64,000 nucleotides of DNA from positions 187,187 to 251,186 of the forward strand of contig CP011215.1 in the NCBI GenBank assembly GCA_001029775.1. Reading direction: 5' to 3'. Source of the DNA: Candidatus Campbellbacteria bacterium GW2011_OD1_34_28 (GTDB taxonomy: Bacteria > Patescibacteriota > Minisyncoccia > Phycocordibacterales > UBA12079). Of this stretch, positions 18,699-28,593 are shown piece after piece (position 1 is the stretch's first letter; every line of letters begins with the position of its first letter). Both the position numbers and the translations under genes were made by a program. The notes beneath the pieces were generated by a model, which was not told where the DNA came from, ran no database searches, and was given only the letters and a program-made list of their open reading frames with translations.

Positions 18699-18721
18699 AA
18701 TGACGGTATGGGTTTAATTCG

Positions 18722-18770
18722 TATCTATTCGTATTATTTGTATCATTCGTATATTGGTATGTTTATCTTC
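18722..18770. repeat. ATTCGTAT tandem-octamer cluster (left copy). It forms a ~36-bp inverted repeat with 19709-19746, so the two copies bracket the recombinase gene. Further clusters lie at 19790-19850 and 32278-32320.
   Basis: The reverse complement of 19709-19746 (CCATTTGTATTATTCGTATCATTCGTATATTGGTATGT) matches 18733-18770, including an exact 20-mer. Confidence 0.55.
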
Positions 18771-19665
18771 TTTTTTTACCGTGAAAATTTTTGTGAACTT
18801 CACGAAGTTGTTTATCGGTGATGTGTGTATATACCTGAGTTGTTGAAATATTGGAATGTCCCAACATCATTTGCACCGCTCTCAAGTCTGCGCCGTTTTG
18901 TAACAAGTCGGTTGCAAAAGAGTGCCTGATAACATGGGGGGTAACCTTTTTTGAAATACCCGCTTTAATTGCATAATATTTTACGATTCTTTCTATTGAA
19001 CGCGGTGTCAATCTTTTTGTTTCTCCGTTTTTGCTAAAACTTACAAACAGGGCATCCTCCATATCTTTTCTATTATCCAAATATTTTTTCACAGCCCCTT
19101 TTGAATCTTCTGACAAAAAAACAACCCTCACTTTTTCGCCCTTTCCACGAATTGGCATTTCATCTTTTTTCAAATCAATATCACTATTCAGCGAGCAAAG
19201 CTCGGAAACACGCAACCCTGTTGAAAAAAACAATTCCAATATTGCTTTGTCACGCAGACTTTTTAAATCATCCCCATCAGGTGCATTTATCAAACGCAAC
19301 AATTCATCACTGGAAATAAGATCTAGTGATCTGTCGGACACTTTTGCCAATTCTATTCTCTCTGGGGCAAGAGATTTAATTTCTCTTTTTGCCAAATATT
19401 TTAGAAAAACACGCAAAGCAATTAGGTGATAATTTTGAGTTTTCTTTTTTAGGTTGCCGTTGTTTTCTACCCCCGGTTGTCTATTCAACCAAAGACGAAA
19501 TTCTCGCACTGTGCTATCTGTTATTTTCCCAGTATCATTTATATTCGCAAAATCAAAAAATCGTTTTAGATATCTATCATAATTTTCAACTGTTTTAAGA
19601 CTTCGTCCTTTTTCTATTTCCAAATATTCCAAAAATTCCTTTTTTAGATTCTTTAAATCTGACAT
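18763..19665 (-). CDS. xerD: Tyrosine site-specific recombinase, XerC/XerD family.
   Basis: C-terminal catalytic motifs HVIRHSFATDLLQNGADLRAVQMMLGHSNISTTQVYTH and R...HxxR...Y; N-terminal core-binding domain. Confidence 0.85.
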   Translation of the reverse strand: MSDLKNLKKEFLEYLEIEKGRSLKTVENYDRYLKRFFDFANINDTGKITDSTVREFRLWLNRQPGVENNGNLKKKTQNYHLIALRVFLKYLAKREIKSLAPERIELAKVSDRSLDLISSDELLRLINAPDGDDLKSLRDKAILELFFSTGLRVSELCSLNSDIDLKKDEMPIRGKGEKVRVVFLSEDSKGAVKKYLDNRKDMEDALFVSFSKNGETKRLTPRSIERIVKYYAIKAGISKKVTPHVIRHSFATDLLQNGADLRAVQMMLGHSNISTTQVYTHITDKQLREVHKNFHGKKRR

Positions 19666-19888
19666 AAACAGATTATATCACGAAAAATTGTGCGACACGG
19701 GGAGATGGACATACCAATATACGAATGATACGAATAATACAAATGGAAACAAATGAACATTGTTTCAAATTACAATCAAAAATCAGAGATTTTATTCGTA
19801 TCGCATTCGTGTTATTCGCATCATTCGTATATTAGTATATTTAATTCAAACCTTGATTTTTATGGGGTGGTGTGCTAGTATTCTAGGC

Positions 19889-20158
19889 ATGTTAACAAAG
19901 ACAAAGAAGGCAAATGCCATCAAAAAAACACAAATTCACGACACAGATACAGGCTCTCCCGAAGCTCAAATTTCTGTTTTAACTAAAAAAATTGACGAAT
20001 TAGCAGAACACCTAAAGAAAAACAACAAAGACAATCACTCAAGAAGAGGTTTACTACAAATGGTAGACGACAGAAGAAAACACCTTAAATATCTAAAGAA
20101 GAAAGATGAGAAGAGATACAAGGATGTTAACAAAAAATTAGGACTAAAGAACAAATAA
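19889..20158 (+). CDS. rpsO: 30S ribosomal protein S15. The start is probably the ATG at 19889; the upstream extension to 19760 is not conserved.
   Basis: HDTDTGSPEAQISVLTKKIDELAEHLKKNNKDNHSRRGLLQMVDDRRKHLKYL matches the S15 consensus. Confidence 0.85.
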   Translation: MLTKTKKANAIKKTQIHDTDTGSPEAQISVLTKKIDELAEHLKKNNKDNHSRRGLLQMVDDRRKHLKYLKKKDEKRYKDVNKKLGLKNK

Positions 20159-20178
20159 TTTTAAAATCGGCGATCTAC

Positions 20179-20240
20179 TTCGTCGACTACAAGAAAAAGC
20201 CCTTCGTCGTATATTGAATACGCCTCAGGGCTTTTTCTTT
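20179..20240 (+). repeat. Conserved hairpin element, copy A: CTTCGTCGAC ... stem GAAAAAGCCC / loop TTCGTCGTATATTGAATACGCCTCA / stem GGGCTTTTT.
   Basis: Same loop motif as at 52391-52433 and 53647-53693, with different but self-complementary stems. Confidence 0.55.
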
Positions 20241-20497
20241 TGTCTCCTCGTATATCATCCAATTTTAAAATTATTTAAAATAAAAATTATAAATTAATTT
20301 TTAATGTTTTAACCTGCCTCTTTTCTGAAAGAAAAGCAACGACACGGCAGGCAGGTTTTCATTTTTCGACTATTTGAGATACACTTTATATTGATACTAA
20401 AAGTATCAATTTTCATACATCATTATCAATCTATTTTAATATTTAAAAAGCTTTATTTAATTCGTACTTTACGAACTTTATAAACTTTATAACTTAT

Positions 20498-21043
20498 ATG
20501 TCAATTATCAAACACAAAGAACAACGCGTTGGTGTTTTTATAGATGCACAAAATCTTTATCACAGCGCAAAAAATCTGTACCACGGAAAAGTAAACTTTC
20601 AACAAATAATGAAAGATGCTGTCGGAGACAGAGCACTGATCCGAGCAATCGCCTATGTGATAACAACAGAATCTGGGGAAGAATCTAGTTTCTTTGAAGC
20701 ATTAGGAAAACTTGGAATTGAAACAAAAACAAAAGATTTGCAAATCTTTTTAGGCGGAGCAAAAAAAGCCGACTGGGATGTTGGACTTGCGATAGATGCT
20801 GTTAAGATGGCGCCAAAATTGGACAGTATTATTTTGGTTTCAGGAGACGGAGATTTTATTCCTCTGGTTGAATATCTTCAAACAAACGAAGGTTGTCAGG
20901 TAGAAGTGGTTTCATTCGGAAGATCTTCTTCTTCAAAACTAATGGAAAAGGCGGACGACTTTATGGATTTGGATAAAGAATTCAAAAAATATCTTATAAT
21001 GCAGAGAAGGCCTGGAAACAAAAAAAGATCAAACAAAAACTAG
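20498..21043 (+). CDS. NYN-domain (LabA/DUF88-like) protein.
   Basis: VGVFIDAQNLYHSAK ... ILVSGDGDF motif pattern of NYN/PIN-like ribonuclease domains. Confidence 0.6.
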   Translation: MSIIKHKEQRVGVFIDAQNLYHSAKNLYHGKVNFQQIMKDAVGDRALIRAIAYVITTESGEESSFFEALGKLGIETKTKDLQIFLGGAKKADWDVGLAIDAVKMAPKLDSIILVSGDGDFIPLVEYLQTNEGCQVEVVSFGRSSSSKLMEKADDFMDLDKEFKKYLIMQRRPGNKKRSNKN

Positions 21044-21045
21044 TT

Positions 21046-21663
21046 ATGAAAAAAGCATTTATTTTTGATTGGACAGGAACACTCAGCGACAATTTTCACT
21101 GCTTTAAAAAAGTGTGTGATTCTATTTTTCAAGAATTTGGCAAAGAAATACTTTCTGACGAAGAAATAAGAATGAGCTTTACCACGCCCTATATGAATTT
21201 TTGGAACAAATATATTCCAAATATATCAAAGACCGAAATGGAACATTTATACGAAAAACATATTCAAAAAGCTGGCGAGCCGAATCTGTTTGACGGGGTA
21301 AAAGAAACAGTTGCTCATCTAAAAGAATTGGGCTTTGAAATGTTTGTCGTCAGCCTTGATCCAAAATCAAAACTGGCCATAGAAACTGAGAGGTCAGGAA
21401 TTTCTCATTTTATGACTGAAATAATTGGAGGGGTAGATCACAAAAAAGAAGATTCTATAAATTACTTGATAGAAAAATATAATTTGGACAGAAACAATAC
21501 TTATTTTATTGGAGATACAACAGGGGATATAGTTTCTGGAGAAATAGCAAATATAAAAACAATCGCAATCACTTGGGGAATCCAACACGAAAAAACCCTC
21601 TCCAAAGCAGGCGCTGATTATATAATCGATGATATAATTGAAATCAAGAATATTATAAATTAA
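21046..21663 (+). CDS. HAD-superfamily hydrolase (phosphatase).
   Basis: Motif I FIFDWTGTL, motif IV GDTTGDI. Confidence 0.7.
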   Translation: MKKAFIFDWTGTLSDNFHCFKKVCDSIFQEFGKEILSDEEIRMSFTTPYMNFWNKYIPNISKTEMEHLYEKHIQKAGEPNLFDGVKETVAHLKELGFEMFVVSLDPKSKLAIETERSGISHFMTEIIGGVDHKKEDSINYLIEKYNLDRNNTYFIGDTTGDIVSGEIANIKTIAITWGIQHEKTLSKAGADYIIDDIIEIKNIIN

Positions 21664-21751
21664 AAAAGTATTTAGTAATAAATGTTTAGGAACTATACCC
21701 TAAACCTGCCTGCCGGCAGGCAGGCCCTATACCCTAAACCCTAATAAAAAT

Positions 21752-22009
21752 ATGCAAACAATAAAAGTTGTAAATATGAAGTGTGGTGGTTGTGAAAAAA
21801 CTGTGACAACCGCTTTAGAAAAAGAAGGTTTCACAAATATTTCTGTAAAAGCACCGGAAGGGATAATCTCTTTTGATGATGGGAATATGGAAAAGGCGGA
21901 AAAAATTTTGAGTAAATTGGGATATCCAAAAGAAGGAACACCAGAAGCGGAAAGTGTTTTGAAAAAAGCAAAATCATATGCTTCGTGTGCAATTGGAAAA
22001 ATGAAATAA
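21752..22009 (+). CDS. copZ: Heavy-metal-associated (HMA) domain metallochaperone, CopZ-like.
   Basis: MKCGGCE metal-binding motif in a ~70 aa ferredoxin-like fold with a C-terminal extension. Confidence 0.7.
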   Translation: MQTIKVVNMKCGGCEKTVTTALEKEGFTNISVKAPEGIISFDDGNMEKAEKILSKLGYPKEGTPEAESVLKKAKSYASCAIGKMK

Positions 22010-22034
22010 AAAAATAAATTTATAAACAACACTT

Positions 22035-22457
22035 ATGTTAATTCACACAATTGGAATATTTATAGTCATGGGCATTATAACTGCCTTTGTTTCACAATTA
22101 TCAGAAATACCTGTTTTAGATATTATTTTATTATCGACGATTTTGTCGCCATTAGCTCTTCTTCAAAAAGGGTTGCATGGAGAAAAACAAGATTTTATCT
22201 ATTCAGGATCTATAATTTTTAGAAAATATAGCTGGCTTTTTCGTTTATTCTCATTAATTTTTACAATTATTTTTTTTGTAACTCTTTACTATTATGGTCA
22301 AACTAATGGCTTTGGTGTAACAATAATTCTTTTCTTCACCGCCTCAATTGTGCAAGGGGCTTATTATGCACTTATAAAATCAATAGTTCCCGGAGAAGTA
22401 TTTTTAATTCCACTTGAAATAATTGGATTAATTTTGTTTCACACACTTGTACTGTAA
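22035..22457 (+). CDS. Hypothetical small membrane protein.
   Basis: Four predicted hydrophobic helices; no family recognised. Confidence 0.4.
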   Translation: MLIHTIGIFIVMGIITAFVSQLSEIPVLDIILLSTILSPLALLQKGLHGEKQDFIYSGSIIFRKYSWLFRLFSLIFTIIFFVTLYYYGQTNGFGVTIILFFTASIVQGAYYALIKSIVPGEVFLIPLEIIGLILFHTLVL

Positions 22458-22546
22458 ATTATTTTCATTTTTTAAAGGAAAAATATTTAATATGCTTACT
22501 CCTATTATTAATTAAAAAAACAATTTTACTAAAATAAGCAAAAATT

Positions 22547-23446
22547 ATGGGAGAAATAACAAACAAAAAAAGACTAAATTTCAAATTTTGGAATCGTGAA
22601 CGGGATTTGAAAATTTTAAAACAAATTGCTATATCTGCTGTAATTTTGGCATCTTTGATTATTATTAGAGATGAAGTTTTTTGGCAAATTGATTCTTCTA
22701 TATCAGAAAATGATTATTCAGCCGATAATAATTACACAGAAGAAGCGGTTTGCAATGTATTAGGTATTGAATTGCATGGTGAACTAACCACATATATTCC
22801 ACCAACAAGCACGGATGAAGAGGGTTTCGCCCTGATTGACTCAACTGCCTCAGAAAATATTGTTTATTTTATTGACGATGCAGAAAATGACAAAACCATA
22901 AAAGCAATAATTTTAGAGGTTGATTCTTATGGTGGCTATCCCGTAGCAGGAGAAGAAATAGCAGTCGCCTTAAAAAACGCAAAGAAGCCAACAGTTGCTT
23001 TAATAAGAGAAGGCGGTGCATCAGCCGCCTATATGGCCGCTAGTGGTGCTGATATAATTTTTGCCTCGGCAAATTCCGATGTTGGTGGTATCGGGGTTAC
23101 TATGTCGTATTTAGATTATGTTCAACAAAATCAAAAAGAGGGTTTGGCTTATGTTCCTCTCAGTTCGGGAAAATTCAAAGATACTGGCGACCCAAACAAA
23201 CCATTATCGCAAGAAGAGAAAAATCTTTTAATGCGAGATATAAATATAATTCATAAAAATTTTGTCAAAATGGTTTCAGAAAATAGAAACTTGGATATTA
23301 AGAAGGTGGGGGAATTAGCAGACGGATCAACCATGCTTGGTGAAATGGCACTACAAAATGGGCTAATTGATCAGATTGGTGGAATGTTTGAGGTCAAAGA
23401 ATATTTAAGAAAAAAAATTGGAGAGGATGTTGAAATTTGCTGGTAA
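22547..23446 (+). CDS. sppA: Signal peptide peptidase SppA (S49 family, 36K type).
   Basis: ILEVDSYGGYPVAGEEIAVAL...ASAAYMAASGADIIFA...GGIGV, typical of the S49/ClpP-fold SppA. Confidence 0.7.
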   Translation: MGEITNKKRLNFKFWNRERDLKILKQIAISAVILASLIIIRDEVFWQIDSSISENDYSADNNYTEEAVCNVLGIELHGELTTYIPPTSTDEEGFALIDSTASENIVYFIDDAENDKTIKAIILEVDSYGGYPVAGEEIAVALKNAKKPTVALIREGGASAAYMAASGADIIFASANSDVGGIGVTMSYLDYVQQNQKEGLAYVPLSSGKFKDTGDPNKPLSQEEKNLLMRDINIIHKNFVKMVSENRNLDIKKVGELADGSTMLGEMALQNGLIDQIGGMFEVKEYLRKKIGEDVEICW

Positions 23447-23477
23447 AAGTTTAGATAAAATATTTTAACTAATAAAT

Positions 23478-24017
23478 ATGCTCACAGAAGAAGATAAAAA
23501 AGAAATTGAAAAAATAAGATTTATGTCTGAAATCAAATCTGAGATACGAGATTTAGACTTCCAGCGTAATAGAATTTTTGAACCTTTCCCAAATAATGAT
23601 CCCAAAAGACCTAGGCCAACACATGACGCAGATTTTTACATGGTTTTATTAAGACGTTTATATCGCAGAATTGAGAATGAGCAACATGATTCCCGAGTTG
23701 GAAATTTAAAAGGAAAATTTAACGGAATACACAAAAAAATCAAAATCCGAGATCATTATGAACATAATATAAATTATGAAACATTTCCGCAAACAACACC
23801 TGGTATAATAATGATTGGCTGTGTTGTAATAAATGAAACAAATCCTCATATCGTATCAGGAAATCAGCAATGGCTACTAAAAGAAGATCATGAAAAATTC
23901 AAGAAATTACTCTTAGAATTTGCGGAACTTTATCCGTTTGAACCAAAGCCTAAACAAAAACAATCTTTAGTTTGTAACATTATAAAAAAACTATTTAACA
24001 AATATTGTAAAAAATAG
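23478..24017 (+). CDS. Hypothetical protein.
   Basis: ORF only; no recognisable motifs. Confidence 0.35.
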   Translation: MLTEEDKKEIEKIRFMSEIKSEIRDLDFQRNRIFEPFPNNDPKRPRPTHDADFYMVLLRRLYRRIENEQHDSRVGNLKGKFNGIHKKIKIRDHYEHNINYETFPQTTPGIIMIGCVVINETNPHIVSGNQQWLLKEDHEKFKKLLLEFAELYPFEPKPKQKQSLVCNIIKKLFNKYCKK

Positions 24018-24259
24018 ATATCATATCGAACAACATAACGCATCTGCAAAGACTAAAATCACATTTTGTTATAAAAAATACCACGGCCTTGCCGTGGTAT
24101 TTTTGTTTTCCTTGCATAAAACAACAAAATATCTATAATCAAAGTAGTCGAATTATTAAAAAAATTAATTGTTTGGTTTTTGGATAGGTAGATTTGAAAA
24201 ATCAAATTTTCAGGTCTAAAATTCAAAAATCAAACTTATATATTTTGGGTTATTTCGGG

Positions 24260-24430
24260 TGCAGTTGCTATACTCCGGATTACGAAACTCGTAATCTTGT
24301 CCTGGATTGCTTCGGACTTCGTCCTCGCAAAGACGAATTTCCTTCGGAAATGAACAGCCTTTGGCTGTTCGTCTTCGCGAGCGAAGCGAAGCGATCCAGG
24401 ATTTTCATAATTCAGAGTACTATAAGCTAT
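24260..24430. repeat. Composite CGCAAAGACG-hairpin repeat element (ACGAAACTCGT / GATTGCTTCGG / CTCGCAAAGACGAA...TTCGTCTTCGCGAG / CGAAGCGATCC). Related copies lie at 10150-10290 (inverted), 26735-26830 and 28765-28810.
   Basis: Shared sequence blocks and nested inverted repeats read directly; the copies flank pnp on both sides. Confidence 0.55.
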
Positions 24431-24480
24431 AGGCTATCAGCTATAAGCTTCTCGAAAAAACAACCTAAATAAAAAGTAAT

Positions 24481-26661
24481 ATGAAAAGTAAAGAATACAC
24501 ATTAGAAATCGGAGGACAAATAATGACTGCCCAATTCACCGACTTGGCCGACCAAACAAATGGTTCGGTTATCTTGCGTTATGGAGACACTACAATATTG
24601 GCAACCGCCGTAATGTCTAAAAATAGAAAAGAAGGTGCAAACTGGTTTCCCCTGACAGTTGATTACGAGGAGAAATTTTACGCAGCAGGGCAAATTCTTG
24701 GAGGTCGCTTTATGAAGAGAGAAGGAAAGCCATCTGACGAAGCTGTTTTGGGCGGTCGTGTAGTAGACAGAACAATTCGCCCTCTTTTTGACCAATACAT
24801 CAGAAACGAAATACAGGTAATCATCACAGTTCTATCTTTGGGAGATTATGATCCAGATGTCTTGGCGGTAAATGCAGCCTCTCTTGCTTTGGCAGTATCT
24901 GACATTCCTTGGAACGGTCCAGTAAGTGCTGTTAGAATTGGAAAAAATGGAGACTACAAAACAAATCCGACTTATGAATTTATCAAAGACGGTGCTTTGG
25001 AAATGGACCTGGTTGCTTGTGGAAAAGACGGCAATATAAATATGATTGAGGTTGGATCAAAAGAAATCTCAAACGAAACAATCAACGAAGGACTTAGAAG
25101 AGCGTCCGAAGAAATTGAAAAAATACAAGAATGGCAAAAGAAAATAATTTCAGAAATCGGAAAAGAAAAAAAGGTTATGGAAAAAGCACAACTGCTTCCA
25201 GAAACAATTGAACTATTTGAAAAAGAAATTACTCCAAAATTGGAAAGTGCTATTTTTAGTGGCCCCGGAAAAAAGAATATCGAAGAATTGAAAGAAGAAT
25301 GGCAAAAAATATTTACCGAACAAATTCCCGATGAAAATCTTTCTCTGGCATTGGATCACTACGAAGAAACAATTGACGAAATCCTTCACAAAGAAGCAAT
25401 TGAAAACAACAGAAGAGCAGACGGCAGGGGGATGGAAGAAGTCCGTCCTTTGTATGCCCAAGCAGGTGGTATTTCTCCAATCATTCATGGATCAGGAATA
25501 TTCTACCGAGGAGGAACTCACGTTTTTTCAGCCCTAACATTGGGTGGTCCAAAAGATGCACAATTAATTGAAGGGATGGAAGAACAAAGAGAAAAGAAAT
25601 TTATGCACCACTACAACTTTCCTCCCTTTTCATCTGGAGAAACAGGAAGAATGGGCGGAGTAAATAGAAGAGCAGTAGGACACGGAGCATTGGCAGAAAA
25701 AGCATTACTTGCTATTTTGCCAGATAAAGAAGCTTTCCCTTATACAATCAGAATTGTTTCCGAATCAATGGCATCAAACGGATCAACATCTATGGCATCT
25801 GTTTGTGGAAGTACCCTTGCCCTAATGGACGCAGGTGTTCCTATCAAAGCGCCTGTTGCTGGTATTGCTTCTGGATTGATGATGCACGACGAAAACAATT
25901 ACAAACTGCTTACAGATATTCAAGGCCCAGAAGACCATCACGGTGATATGGACTTTAAAGTTGCCGGAACAAGAAGTGGAGTTACCGCAATTCAGATGGA
26001 TGTAAAAGTAGCTGGTATTCCTTTGAAAATTTTGGGTGAAGCATTGGTAGCGGCAGAAAAGGCCAGATTACAAATTCTTGATGTTATAGAAAAAGAAATT
26101 TCTGCACCTCGTCCAAAAATTTCTCCAAACGCCCCTGAAATTTTGATCATCAAAATTAAACAAGATCAGATCGGTGGAGTGATTGGATCAGGAGGAAAAA
26201 CAATTAAAGATATCAAAGAAAAAACAGGTGCCGAGATAGATATTGAAGATGATGGAACTGTTTATATCACAGGAAAAAACGGTTCGGCCCAAGAAGCTAA
26301 AAGAATTGTTGAAGCTATGACACACGAATATGTGGCTGGTGAAAAATTTGAAAAAGCCGAAGTAGTAAAGATCATGGAATTCGGCGCATTTGTCCGAATA
26401 GCTCCTGGAACAGATGGGTTGGTTCATGTTTCAGAAATTGCTCCTTTCAGAGTTGATGATGTTTCAAAAGTATTGAAAGAAGGTCAAATCGTTCCTGTCG
26501 TAATCAAAGAAATTGACGGACAAGGCAGAATGAAACTTTCTATCAAAGCGATAGATCCAAAATTTATTCCAAATCCAGCAGGGGCTGTACCAGCAACACC
26601 GGTACCTCCTGTATCATCTACACCGGACGATTCCAAAACAGAAGAACCAAAACAGGTGTAA
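24481..26661 (+). CDS. pnp: Polyribonucleotide nucleotidyltransferase (PNPase).
   Basis: Two RNase PH domains, a KH domain (GSGGKTIKDIKEKTG) and an S1 domain (GEKFEKAEVVKIMEFGAFVRI). Confidence 0.95.
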   Translation: MKSKEYTLEIGGQIMTAQFTDLADQTNGSVILRYGDTTILATAVMSKNRKEGANWFPLTVDYEEKFYAAGQILGGRFMKREGKPSDEAVLGGRVVDRTIRPLFDQYIRNEIQVIITVLSLGDYDPDVLAVNAASLALAVSDIPWNGPVSAVRIGKNGDYKTNPTYEFIKDGALEMDLVACGKDGNINMIEVGSKEISNETINEGLRRASEEIEKIQEWQKKIISEIGKEKKVMEKAQLLPETIELFEKEITPKLESAIFSGPGKKNIEELKEEWQKIFTEQIPDENLSLALDHYEETIDEILHKEAIENNRRADGRGMEEVRPLYAQAGGISPIIHGSGIFYRGGTHVFSALTLGGPKDAQLIEGMEEQREKKFMHHYNFPPFSSGETGRMGGVNRRAVGHGALAEKALLAILPDKEAFPYTIRIVSESMASNGSTSMASVCGSTLALMDAGVPIKAPVAGIASGLMMHDENNYKLLTDIQGPEDHHGDMDFKVAGTRSGVTAIQMDVKVAGIPLKILGEALVAAEKARLQILDVIEKEISAPRPKISPNAPEILIIKIKQDQIGGVIGSGGKTIKDIKEKTGAEIDIEDDGTVYITGKNGSAQEAKRIVEAMTHEYVAGEKFEKAEVVKIMEFGAFVRIAPGTDGLVHVSEIAPFRVDDVSKVLKEGQIVPVVIKEIDGQGRMKLSIKAIDPKFIPNPAGAVPATPVPPVSSTPDDSKTEEPKQV

Positions 26662-26996
26662 GGAGTAAGGAGTAAGACAACAAAACAAAAAAGACAGAGG
26701 CAAGGCTTCTGTCTTTTTTGTTTTTAAAACTCTTAACTACGAAACTCGTGGATCGCTTCGCTAAAGCTCGCGAAGACGAAATTGAGCAAAGCCCAATTTC
26801 GTGACGAATTTCCTTCGGGAATTCGTCTTTGCGAGGAGGGTAATATTTTTGTTTTTGTTGTAAAAACAAAAACATTATCTAACGAAGCAATCCATAATAG
26901 ACATTCATCGTTTCTGTTAACAACACTTTAAACTATTTTCCACTCTCTACCCTCTACTTTCTACTTTCTACTCTCTAATATATAATAAACTTAATT

Positions 26997-28160
26997 ATGC
27001 CCGAGGAACCAACAAACAAAGAAGAATACAACGACGAGCCACGAGATAAAGTTATTGAAATATCTGGTGATTCTATTAAGGAACTGGAACCAGAAGGAGA
27101 AAAAACACCGACAGAAATAGTTTCTAAACCAACAGCAGAGGAAATGTTGTTGGAAAAAACCAGTCAGCCAGAAGAAAAAATTGTGGAAACACCCAAAAAA
27201 GAAGCCCTGCCACAAAGTGTTGTTTTTGAACCAGAAAAAGAAGAGATCCAAGACGATTTGAAAGAAAAGGAGGAGAATTCTTTGATGAAAACAATCCGAA
27301 CATACAAAAGTGATGTTGTAGAAGAAATGAAAAAGCAAAAATCGTCTATAACATCGATGGTATTAGCAGAAAAAGATAGACAACAAAAACAAGGAAAATT
27401 TGTTCCAAAAATAAAACCAAATAAAAAAATATTTATTCTATTTGGCGGAACATTTTTGGTACTAGCAATTGGTTTTGCTGGATACTTATTTATAAAACCA
27501 AACACAGGAAATGAAAATCAAGAAATAACAGTTCAACAAATCTCTACCCTTATCCTACCAAACTACAAAAGAGAAATTTATGTAGATAGGGTAAAAAGAG
27601 ATAGCATAATTACAGCCCTACAAAAAGAAAAAGCGGAAACATCAATACCTTTGGGATATGTTATTCAATTTTTCCTAACCACCGAAGACAAAACAAAAAG
27701 TTTTGTTATAGAAGACGAGCCAGATTACAAGCTATTGGTAACAACAGAATCATTTTTTGACGGGATAGAATCAAAAATTCCAAACTCTCTGACAAGAAAT
27801 TTGGGGCAAGAATTTATTTTTGGATATCACTCTTCTCTTGGAAACAATCCTTTTCTAATTTTGAAAGTAAAATCTTATAACAGTGTTTTTGCTGGAATGT
27901 TGGACTGGGAAAAAACAATATACAGAGATCTTTCTCCTGTCTTTGTAAAAGACGATTCAAAAATGTCTTTGGATAACAATCCTTTTCAAGACATTGTTGT
28001 CTCAAACAAAGATGTTCGTGCTATCTTGAATGAAATGGGAAAAATAGAATTGGCATATTCTTTTCCAAATCCAGAAACTTTGATAATTACCAACAACGAA
28101 ACCACATTGCAAGAATTGTATAGAAGAGTGACGAATGCGAGATTGGAGAGAAAGGATTAA
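26997..28160 (+). CDS. Hypothetical protein with an acidic N-terminal region, one TM helix and an extracytoplasmic domain.
   Basis: TM segment ILFGGTFLVLAIGFAGYLFI; preceded by a pyrimidine-rich CTACTTT tandem repeat (26941-26990). Confidence 0.4.
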   Translation: MPEEPTNKEEYNDEPRDKVIEISGDSIKELEPEGEKTPTEIVSKPTAEEMLLEKTSQPEEKIVETPKKEALPQSVVFEPEKEEIQDDLKEKEENSLMKTIRTYKSDVVEEMKKQKSSITSMVLAEKDRQQKQGKFVPKIKPNKKIFILFGGTFLVLAIGFAGYLFIKPNTGNENQEITVQQISTLILPNYKREIYVDRVKRDSIITALQKEKAETSIPLGYVIQFFLTTEDKTKSFVIEDEPDYKLLVTTESFFDGIESKIPNSLTRNLGQEFIFGYHSSLGNNPFLILKVKSYNSVFAGMLDWEKTIYRDLSPVFVKDDSKMSLDNNPFQDIVVSNKDVRAILNEMGKIELAYSFPNPETLIITNNETTLQELYRRVTNARLERKD

Positions 28161-28230
28161 AAAACAAGCTTATAGCCAATAGTTGATATAGACGATTTGG
28201 TTTTTAGTTTTTAGTTAATTGTGATAATAT

Positions 28231-28593
28231 TTGAATATGGATACAAAAATTTACAAAGAAAAATTGGAAGCAGAATTAAAAACATTAGAACAAGAGCTTC
28301 AAAGTGTTGGTATAAAAGATCCCAACAACCCACAAGACTGGATCGCTGTTCAACCAGAAGAAAATATTTCTCCCGCTGACGAAAACGAAGTAGCCGACAC
28401 AATTGATGATTTTGAAAACAACCGAGCAATTTTGAATGATTTAGAAATCAAATATAACGATGCAAAACTTGCTTTGGAAAAAATTGAAAATGGAACATAC
28501 GGAATGTGCGAGACAAACAATCACCCTATTGATGAAGATAGATTGATGGCAAATCCTTCGGCAAGAACTTGTAAAGAACACATGAATCAATAA
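28231..28593 (+). CDS. DksA/TraR-family-like protein (coiled-coil plus degenerate C-terminal zinc-finger region).
   Basis: C-terminus GTYGMCETNNHPIDEDRLMANPSARTCKEH resembles the DksA/TraR finger YGxCexCgxxIpxxRLxaxPxaxxC, with only two Cys. Confidence 0.45.
   Translation: MNMDTKIYKEKLEAELKTLEQELQSVGIKDPNNPQDWIAVQPEENISPADENEVADTIDDFENNRAILNDLEIKYNDAKLALEKIENGTYGMCETNNHPIDEDRLMANPSARTCKEHMNQ

Noticed and set aside
24194-24472. 92 aa plus-strand ORF upstream of pnp
   Set aside because: It lies entirely within the multi-hairpin repeat element; the open frame is a by-product of the repeat sequence.
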